Positions 54,495 to 64,000 of a stretch of DNA of 64,000 nucleotides are shown here, one piece after another. The notes under the pieces are model-generated. The model was given only the letters and a program-made list of their open reading frames with translations. It was not told where the DNA came from and searched no databases. Within the stretch, counting starts at the first letter, position 1; each line of letters starts with the position of its first letter. The DNA comes from Haliotis rufescens. Lineage: Eukaryota. The position numbers were made by a program, and so were the translations under genes. The stretch lies in contig NW_025963813.1 of assembly GCF_023055435.1 (NCBI RefSeq), positions 20,770,001 to 20,834,000 on the forward strand. The letters run 5' to 3'.

Positions 54495-55461
54495 GCCTGC
54501 ATTCTGCCTACAGTATAATAATGAAATGATACGGTCTGATGCTCAGAAAGTGATGGATGAGTGAACATGACTGTTACCTGTTTCACCTGTGATAGGCGAT
54601 AAACTGGTCCATACTGTGACAACGAAACAGTGCAGGCGCAATGGGAAACACTTGTGAGATAAATAAAACCTTAACACGTAATGAAAGTCACGGATATATT
54701 ATATTTATAATATAACATAGAAGAAACATATAAAACAATAGTTTTGGCAATACTTTCACATTGAATTAATTAACCACAAGTTATTGTCCAGATTTGATAA
54801 GGTGACCAGTGGCATGTGGGAACTGCATGGGTGTCTTTCTTCCTTCAGTTTTATCAACCTGCTGTCTACGAAGTTTTACATCAGATTTTCACATGAATCG
54901 CTTACTAGTAAATTGAGTAAAATAAATCCCTGAGCGTAAAACTGAACATCTATCTGTGTTGTGGTACAGCAGTGACGTAGGTCTTAAACGAGTACAGCAG
55001 TCGCGTGTGCGTTTTTAGTACATGCTTATAACATGGGAATAACAAGACGCATAGAGCCCCGAACAAGGACACACATGCCTCTCCAGATTTCAGTTTTTCT
55101 CACCAAAAGGTTATCTCATTACTTCAATATGAACATCGTCATACGTAACATAATAAAACACAACATATAGATTATTTCCAAGCTTTTAGGGACCATGCGA
55201 ATATTTGAAATTGTTAAATATTTAATTTCACAAAGTTCTGTCATGTGGTCGAGGTAACCAGGGTCAATTATTTCTCGTTCTCACATTCAAGGAGTTTTCA
55301 CGAATACAAGTTTGTGTTCTTGGTTTCGATTAAGTTTTTCTTAGTTGCCACATAATTTGTACAACGTAATGGCGCATGACAAGGATGCCAACGTTTACAT
55401 ATTGTAGCATCTACGAGCTCACCGAGGACTCCCTTATTGAGAGTGATGGCGTGGTGAACGA

Positions 55462-55699
55462 ATGTGACTTCAACCACTGCTTGAACTATGAGTATTGCAG
55501 GATGAAACATGTGACTTCAACCACTGCTTGAACTATGAGTATTGCAGGAGGAAACATGTGACTTCAACCACTGCTTGAACTATGAGTATTGCAGGAGGAA
55601 ACATGTGACTTCAACCACTGCTTGAACTATGAGTATTGCAGGAGGAAACATGTGACTTCAACCACTGCTTGAACTATGAGTATTGCAGGAGGAAACATG
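55462..55699. repeat. 47-bp tandem repeat, 5 near-identical copies
   Basis: ATGTGACTTCAACCACTGCTTGAACTATGAGTATTGCAGGAGGAAAC at 55462, 55509, 55556, 55603, 55650. Confidence 0.96.
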
Positions 55700-55706
55700 A
55701 AAACCA

Positions 55707-55770
55707 TGAGTGAGATTGGTTTTACGCCGCTTTTAGCGATATAACGGCTTCACATATTGTACCCATGTGT
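55707..55770 (-). mobile_element. Family B SINE fragment with an internal deletion
   Basis: TGAGTGAG..TGGTTTTACGCCGCTTTTAGC...GGCTTCACATATTGTACCCATGT matches 16156-16252. Confidence 0.75.
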
Positions 55771-57042
55771 TGGGTCCAGCCCAGCCTGGCTGCCCTACCG
55801 ACCCTGAAAAAACGTGAACATTTTGCCGAATAACTGTAATATTTATGAAACATTTCATTCGTAGTAACGTGACAGTTGACAAAATTAAATGATCGATACA
55901 ACTGCGATTTAACATTTTCTATGAAATTAAACACACACGTTACTGGGATCTCGAAGTGTGCGTTCAGGGAACTGTGGGAAGTAAGATAAATTCTTTTCTT
56001 CCATAGGCAGGCAATCTACCATTGCTGGAGTAGTGGGGCGGAACTAATTTATGTAATGGATATTGATATATATATTGTTGTGTGCATGTGCATTTGAACC
56101 GCCATCGTCGTTTAAGTATATCAGCTGTATCGCGGTGACTCGTATGTTTGCCAGTAAGGACATAGCGTGTCATCTTCATCTCCGTACTGCATAACGGATG
56201 TGTATAGTTGTCAACACCACCACCCCCCCCACCCCCCCCCCCCCCCCCCCTCCCCATTTATTTCGTTTTATTTCGTATATATGGCCATAAGGCCAATAGT
56301 ACAACGACATTTTGGTGTAGGACAATTAGTCGTGTATATTGTAACTGTATAGATGTGCACATTTGAGTTGTATTAATATTTAATGTATCATATTTCTTTA
56401 AAAGAACTCTTGCTAATAAAAACTGCAAGTCAGAGAAGAATGTGGCTATTTTTGCTGTTCATTAACTTACTCATTTCCTTTGTGTTGGATACGTATAATA
56501 ATAGTGGATATATTACATTCATATTTAAAACTTGTGTTGTATCTTGTACAGGAAAACACAGCTAACGGTCACTGAGTATTATTTTGCACCGCAACTTCTA
56601 TCCTATTCAAATAAATCAATCAGAAATGCAAAGAATATTTTGTCATAGTCAACACATACGATTTAGTTTGAGGTATTTTGGTGGGACCTCCTCACAGCAG
56701 CATGTCTACAGTAATTCATAAAACGGTGGTGCTGTGAGACTGAGAATGTATAAAGGGGGGTAACTCTGTCAGCTCTACTTACTTCATCTGGTCGGCGGAA
56801 CCACTGAACACGAACTGCATCGGGACGGGGTGGTGAGGGTGCCTGATTCTCCGCGTGGTGCTTATCTAGACAACAAGAGCTATAACAGAAGTAGGCGTAA
56901 AAGTTATATGGACGCCCAGCACCATGTGAACCACTTCCAATATACCCGGCCTAAGACCATCGCCCGTAGGAGACACCAGAAAACCCTGGAAACTCTCAGG
57001 CGCCAAGCTGCCGAACACGGTCGCCATTCAAGGGCTCTCCTA

Positions 57043-57236
57043 GACCCGTGAAGATTCGTGTTAGAATAGGTCTTCAGCAAGCCGTGCGTGTTATAAGAGG
57101 CGACTATGCTTGCCGTAAGAGGCGACTAACGGGATCGGGTGGTCAGGCTCGGTGACTTGTTGATGCATGTCGATTATTTACAGACCGCCGTAGATGGACT
57201 ATTGCTGAGTGCGGCGTTAAACAACAAACCAACCAA
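57043..57236 (+). mobile_element. SINE-like family A copy, 5' complete, internal deletion
   Basis: GACCCGTGAAGAT...TAGAATAGGTCTTCAGCAA...AGAGGCGACTAACGGGATCGGGTGGTCAGGCTC...GCGGCGTTAAACAACAAACCAACCAA. Confidence 0.88.
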
Positions 57237-57271
57237 TCTAACAGCGGACATCGATACTCATCATGCTCACG

Positions 57272-57500
57272 ATTCCAGCCATATGACGGCGGTTTGTAAA
57301 TAATCGAGTCTGGACCAGACAATCTAGTGATTGATATCCTGAGCATCGATCCACGCAATTCGGACACGATGACATGCATCAATCAAGTCATCGAGCCAGA
57401 CCACCCGATCCCGTTAGTCCCCGCTAACGACAAGCATAGTCGCCTTTTTACGGTAAGCATGGGTTGCTGAAGACCTATTCTACCCCGGCACTTCACGGGT
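57272..57500 (-). mobile_element. SINE-like family A copy, inverted relative to its neighbour
   Basis: Reverse complement begins ACCCGTGAAG..CCGGGGTAGAATAGGTCTTCAGCAACCCATGC and runs to GCTGGAAT. Confidence 0.88.
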
Positions 57501-57839
57501 ACCCATGAACTAATGCGACGAACGCTGTCACCAACCACGGAGTAGCGCATACTTGTCATGATGTTGCTGTCAGCTTCTTCAGCAAACCTGTCCGTAACCA
57601 CCCGAGACTGTCGTCAGCGCCATTGCCGCTTCCTACAATAGAAATGCACTGCGTTTAGAAAGTATCATAGCATTATAAACATTGGATAGAAGTACAAACA
57701 ATCATTTATGTAAGGTTTGGGTTAGGTTGCGCTAGCCCAGGCTAATTTTGTTAAAAAGCAGGGATGAAGGGCGGAAATTTTTCCAAGAAATTTATTAACA
57801 CGTTCGACGTATCTCTCCCCGTCATTCGTGTCTGGAGAC

Positions 57840-58005
57840 CTAGCCTTGCTCCAAGGTTATACTGAAAGAAACGTCCATGGGTGTGTATTAATTCTATCCT
57901 CCTAATAGGCAAGTCTAGGTATGGCGACTCCAGTCTCTTATAGGGACAAATTGTTCTTATTATATACATTATCTAGAACTTATGATTTAAACTAATAATT
58001 ATTGC
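57840..58005 (+). repeat. Unclassified dispersed repeat fragment, copy 2
   Basis: Same three blocks as 19525-19642; exact 20-mer at 57930-57949. Confidence 0.75.
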
Positions 58006-59280
58006 GTTAGAGACTTGTGCAAGTTAGTGGAGACGGCAGGGAGTCGGGTCGACAAGGCTCGGTGGTGCCCCGAATCTCAGAGAAATGCCTTTGATTAACA
58101 CCACGTGTTCCCCTCATAAAGACGGGCTGTTTTTTTCAACATATGAGAGAGAGATAATTAATTAACCAGAACATGTAATTAGGTTAATTTGCAAGCCGGG
58201 GGTACAGATGCGTGTCCTAACTCTGAACGATGTTATCTGGAGGTATGTATTTGTCACAGAGGCTAATGTCCACAAGAACCTGCTTGATAAAAAACACAAC
58301 CTTCAAAGAAACTAGTAAATTAATTATTCTAGTCAGAGCATGTAGGAAAGTTTGTTATGTGTTGCTGACCGATTTTGTTGATCGAATGTCACTGCTTCCA
58401 TGTCGACAATTGAAACATGTTGCGATGTGTATATTATACTGAACTATGGATGGAAGCATATTTATGGAACAGCCGCTGACGGCGCCATTAAAGTGCTTAG
58501 CTTTTCATCATCAAAAGCGCAGTTAAACTTTTGAACTTATTTTGAATATAAGCAACAACATTCGGACCAGCACGACCGTCCCCCTTTATCACTCAAGACC
58601 GCTAGTCACGGACGCCCTCGGTGTAATCACATTACGCAATCATTGCACGTGCTCTCAGCGTCCACAGCGTGATATTCGTCACGTGACACCTTGGGGGATG
58701 ACCACCGGTCAGTTGTCACACATCATTACAGCAAGACGTGCTGAGATCAAAGAGAATCGTGCGCAAAGATAGGCTGAGGACCTCGTCCTCTGCAGTGCCG
58801 TGTTACGTGATTCCATAAACTTCCTGGGAATCCGTCCCACTGTTCACGCTGTGTTGACAAGCCTGGGCCTTGAGGAATATTGGCGGTTCTTCTCTGGTCC
58901 ATACTGTGTCGGCCTCTCCCCCTATTCCCCCACTCCCACCCACGACCACGTGGGCCTACGCCTAGATTAAAGACAATGCCCGATAAGCACCTGTTCAGGA
59001 CTGTAACCCCGTAATTGGTAGCAAGGATGCTTATCAACATTAAGATGATAATGGAATTTTGTGGTGAATGCAAAATTTGTAAAATAGATTCATGCAGTGG
59101 CACGGAACCTTGGGTCAATGAGCAATGTACACGGTTCGCGTGTGCTTCTAAATTACTCACCTGGTCTCATCATTACCATGTCAAGTTTGTAGTTTTACGA
59201 CGCAATCAAAACATATTCCCGCTGTATGTGGTTTGTAGATAAATAGTAGTGCGAGAAGGCCCCACAAGTGTCGTCCATGA

Positions 59281-60856
59281 ACTCCCCGTGACACTACACA
59301 GTAGTGGGAGTCTCCCGATAATACTATACAGTACTGGGGGTCTCCCGGTGACACTATATAGTAGTGGGAGTCTCCCGGTGACACTACACAGTAGTGGGAG
59401 TCTCCCGATAATACTATACAGTACTGGGGGTCTCCCGGTGACTTTATATAGTAGTGGGAGTCTCCCGGTGACACTACACAGTAGTGGGAGTCTCCCGATA
59501 ATACTATACAGTACTGGGGGTCTCCCGGTGACACTATACAGTACTGGGGGTCTCCCGGTGACACTATACAGTACTGGGGGTCTCCCGGTGACACTATATA
59601 GTAGTGGGAGTCTCCCGGTGACACTACACAGTAGTGGGAGTCTCCCGATAATACTATACAGTACTGGGGGTCTCCCGGTGACACTATACAGTACTGGGGG
59701 TCTCCCGGTGACACTATACAGTACTGGGGGTCTCCCGGTGACACTATATAGTAGTGGGAGTCTCCCGGTGACACTACACAGTAGTGGGAGTCTCCCGATA
59801 ATACTATACAGTACTGGGGGTCTCCCGGTGACACTATATAGTAGTGGGAGTCTCCCGGTGACACTACACAATAGTGGGAGTCTCCCGATAATACTATACA
59901 GTACTGGGGGTCTCCCGGTGACACTATATAGTAGTGGGAGTCTCCCGGTGACACTATATAGTAGTGGGAGTCTCCCGATAATACTATACAGTACTGGGGG
60001 TCTCCCGGTGACACTATATAGTAGTGGGAGTCTCCCGGTGACACTATATAGTAGTGGGAGTCTCCCGGTGACACTATATAGTAGTGGGAGTCTCCCGATA
60101 ATACTATACAGTACTGGGGGTCTCCCGGTGACACTATATAGTAGTGGGAGTCTCCCGGTGACACTATATAGTAGTGGGAGTCTCCCGGTGACACTATACA
60201 GTACTGGGAGTCTCCTGGTGATACTATATAGTAGTGGGAGTCTCCCGGTGACACTATACAGTACTGGGAGTCTCCCGGTGTCACTATTCAGTACTGGAAG
60301 CCTCCCGGTGACACTATACAGTTGTGGGAGTCTCCCGGTGACACTATACAGCACTGGGAGTCTCCCGGTGATACTATACAGTACTGGAAGTCTCCCGGTG
60401 ACACTATACAGCACTGGGAGTCTCCCGGTGATACTATACAGTACTGGAAGTCTCCCGGTGATACTATACAGCACTGGGAGTCTCCCGGTGACACTATACA
60501 GCACTGGGAGTCTCCCGGTGACACTATACAGCACTGGGAGTCTCCCGGTGATACTATACAGTACTGGAAGTCTCCCGGTGATACTATACAGCACTGGGAG
60601 TCTCCCGGTGATACTATACAGCACTGGGAGTCTCCCGGTGATACTATACAGTACTGGAAGTCTCCCGGTGATACTATACAGCACTGGGAGTCTCCCGGTG
60701 ATACTATACAGTACTGGAAGTCTCCCGGTGACACTATACAGCACTGGGAGTCTCCCGGTGACACTATACAGCACTGGGAGTCTCCCGGTGACACTATACA
60801 GTACTGGGAGTTTCCTGGTGACACTATACAGTAGTGGGAGTTTCCTGGTGACACTA
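59281..60856. repeat. 30-bp quasi-palindromic minisatellite, about 52 copies, TCTCCCGGTGACACTATACAGTACTGGGAG
   Basis: Exact 30-bp register with no indels across the array. Confidence 0.98.
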
Positions 60857-61850
60857 GCACCTCGTTTATCAGTGTCAGGGTTTTAACATACAATACCTAA
60901 CTCGCCCGTAGCGGAAACAATAATCATTGGGAACGCCTCCTATATTGCTATTATTGTGGAAATAATGCTGCCTCTGTGTTTGTCTGTATATTCACGGGTG
61001 TCAACATAAATTGCAGATTATTTAAAACGGGGTTTAAGGTTTTCGTAAAAGGATTATTCGGGTGGAGTCCATCCCGGGAAAAATTAAACTCGCAAAGGGA
61101 TGTGCGGCGTAAAGTAATGAGAGGATTAGAGAGTCCTCCTCCTCGTCTTCATGTCGTTTGTTGACGTCTTTTCCGTAGCATTCCCACAAAGAAGACCGTA
61201 TCGTAATCACGCTATTTCTGAACCATGAGTTTATCAACTGACTCTTCTGGTAATCCGCATACCCAGGCCCAAAGTTTGAAACATCTCCGACGTTTGCTCA
61301 AATAGCTGAGGGCAAAGTTTATCTTCTTGTCTCGCGCCTTAGTTTATCTGCTATATCTCAATAACTTCACTCAGCCAATTAAGGATTTGATTTCTCAGTT
61401 GTTTAGTATTTTGGCCCTCTTTTGTTCATGGGTCAAGGATCACAAGCATACCCAGAGGGAAAGTTTATCCGTCCTTCATCTGATGCCTGAAGTCAGGTAC
61501 ATCACACACTAGACCAGTATCCTTGGCAGTCTTCGCGCAGTCATGAAAAGAACGGTCAACAGTTTATGATGTCTGACAATCAGAGCAATCACTCGACTCA
61601 AAACCTTATGTTCACCTTGGTTAAATTCCAACCGCAATTACCGAAAACAACACGTGCCCCGAAAACTTTCAAAATACTGACTAACCCAGAGAGCATGTAC
61701 CTGACGATTCCTAAAACAAGTGAACCCTTCACAGGGCGATCACCTGGTTTATCCACACAGCTGATAACATTTGTCAGTATACACAGAGGGCAGCAAATAG
61801 TCTGTCTGAAATTAAGAATTGTCAGTCTAAGCAGCAATATCTACTAGCAA

Positions 61851-62213
61851 TCTATTAGCAATATTACCTTGGTGTAAATACAGTCTATTAGCAATATTAC
61901 CTTGGTGTAAATACAGTCTATTAGCAATATTACCTTGGTGTAAATACAGTCTATTAGCATTATTACCTAGGTGTAAATACAGTCCATTAGCGATAATACC
62001 TGGGTCTAAATACATGTCTATTAGCAATATTACCTTGGTGTAAATACAGTCTATTAGCGATAATACCTGGGTCTAAATACACATCTATTAGCAATATTAC
62101 CTAGGTGTAAATGCATGTCTATTAGCAATATTACCTTGGTGTAAATACAGTCTATTAGCAATATTACCTAGGTGTAAATGCATGTCTATTAGCGATAATA
62201 CCTGAGTCTAATA
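61851..62213. repeat. 33-35 bp AT-rich minisatellite, about 11 copies, TCTATTAGCAATATTACCTTGGTGTAAATACAG
   Basis: TCTATTAGC recurs at about 33 bp; decays rightwards to about 62370. Confidence 0.92.
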
Positions 62214-63716
62214 GCTTCAATTCATAGATCTAAATATACACGTATCAGCATCCATTCGTATATCTAAATACACATCTATAGCACCAATTCATAGGTCTGA
62301 AGTCACTTATATTAGCATCAATTCAAAGGTCTAAATACACGTCTTTTAGAATCAGATCATAGATCTAAGCATACTGCAGCTAGCAACCCTAGGTACCTAA
62401 GTACACATACAAAGTTCATGATAAGCAATAAGAAGTTGGAAGAACATGAAGACATGAAGGTTGTATGGATAACAACTTCTTTATTGTTTGTGCCGATGTT
62501 TCTTGTCCCTGTATCTGAGAGACAATACAGAAGCTGTTATCAGTCTTAGGTTCACGTCTTCTTAAACATTGTTAATATCATATCAAGAGATATTGATAAA
62601 GACATTATACTTGTGTAGTGCTGAGCACACCGTGCAACTGCTGTGGAACTAGATAGTGTGCAGGCTGTAGAGTAGGTTAGGGGACTCATGGTCCATATAC
62701 AGACACAGGTGTTCCCATCAAACATCAAAGTATTCGCCAGTTACGATTTATATCATAAATGGTTTATGTCGCTTTTAATATTGCAGTAAATGTGCAGTGG
62801 GTACATAAAACACTTAAAACAAGACATGGAATCTGCGCTGTACATCAAAGTTCCCGACGTAGTTACGAGGCACGTACAAAGCAGTTCTCTTTGTGTTTGT
62901 CCTCCAGTATGTATGTGTTATAAAACAGGAACACTTGCCGCCGCATATCAAACACACCGACGTGCTTGCAGAGCGGCCATTACACAACCAGTGTCGGCTC
63001 TGTGGATGTACATTTGTATATAGATGCCACCACAACACACACATGGAACTGTCTCACTGGCTGATGCAGAGGTTGCTGTATTTATATACAGTTATAGATG
63101 TGTTCCAGATAAACATGAACATGCCCTGCCATTAGAACACCCATCACCAAAGAGTGCCTGGCAATGTTTTGAATCACCTTTTCGTTTGTACAATAAATTA
63201 AATTTTCTTTTCTACTCAGACAAGCATATTGCCGTTATGTTTACGACTCCAGAATGAGTGCACGGCTAGTTCTATATTTACTGTTCTCTTTCCCTTCATT
63301 GCTCCAGGCTGAGTGACGTAATAGATAAACATTGTGACGTCATCCCAGCTGGGACCTCCGGCAGAGATGAAAGCATGGCCGCCGACATTTCCGTCCCTAA
63401 TCCTTTAATCGTTTGTTATATTTCAACAGTCAGTGATGCGAATAACACAGTGCATAAATATTGACAATAGACGCGTTTGAAATGCAATCGACGAGTGCTG
63501 ATTTGCCCAGGATTACGCAGAAAGCAGTCATCACCGACAGCAATTTGATTTTATTTGACAGGTATCAAAGCGCCCCACTGCGGCAAACATTGAGATTTCT
63601 GATAAGAGGGTGGTTGTTTATATTGGTGGCTAAGTGGTCGCTATCATGCGATAAAGCCTTCAGCTGATCGCCACTGTCTGCAGGAACCTGCTGTATGCTG
63701 TAGGAGAAGGCAGATG

Positions 63717-64000
63717 TGTGCCCGAACGCAAAGTTGTCTCATGTGCCCGAACACAAAGTTGTCTCATGTGCCCGAACGCAAAGTTGTCTCATGTGCCCGA
63801 ACGCAAAGTTGTCTCATGTGCCCGAACACAAAGTTGTCTCATGTGCCCGAACACAAAGTTGTCTCATGTACTTGAACACAAACTTGTCTCATGTCCCCGA
63901 ACACAAACTTGTCTCATGTCCCCGAACACAAAGTTGTCTGATGTACTTGAACACAAACTTGTCTCATGTGCCCGAACACAAAGTTGTCTGATGTACTTGA
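63717..64000. repeat. 25-bp minisatellite TGTGCCCGAACACAAAGTTGTCTCA, running off the window end
   Basis: About 11 copies visible. Confidence 0.95.

Noticed and set aside
59181-60893. 367-545 aa ORFs on both strands of the 30-bp array (likewise 14602-15444, 28958-29437, 40507-42004)
   Set aside because: The unit length is divisible by 3 and lacks stops in some frames; I see no other sign of coding.
61230-63260. Several 60-95 aa ORFs suggesting another gene or retroelement
   Set aside because: No recognisable domain, no consistent exon chain, and lengths expected by chance.

Overview
Eukaryotic animal genomic DNA, not prokaryotic. The SINE families resemble those I associate with marine molluscs such as abalone, but that assignment is unverified. 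The only intact protein-coding gene I can support is a 4-exon hairy/HES1-type bHLH-Orange-WRPW repressor on the + strand (join 9930..9980, 10214..10309, 11486..11573, 11798..12408; 281 aa). Its proximal promoter carries a Su(H)/CSL paired site with a 16-bp spacer, extra CSL sites, a kappaB palindrome, a Hairy class-C site, CCAAT and TATA. Its predicted 3' UTR contains a short minisatellite that has multiplied the word CACGTGCCTT, which is both a class-B E-box and a miR-124 seed match. The rest is a gene desert. About 46% of the window is 14 unrelated tandem-repeat arrays (units 15-60 bp, several with higher-order duplications, one a run of kappaB-like palindromes). The remainder includes a decayed Tc1 transposon, two SINE-like families sharing a 3' tail, a CORE-like SINE fragment and small foldback elements. 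All long ORFs in the ORF track other than the HES exon are artefacts of repeat periodicity. Counts were made by eye.
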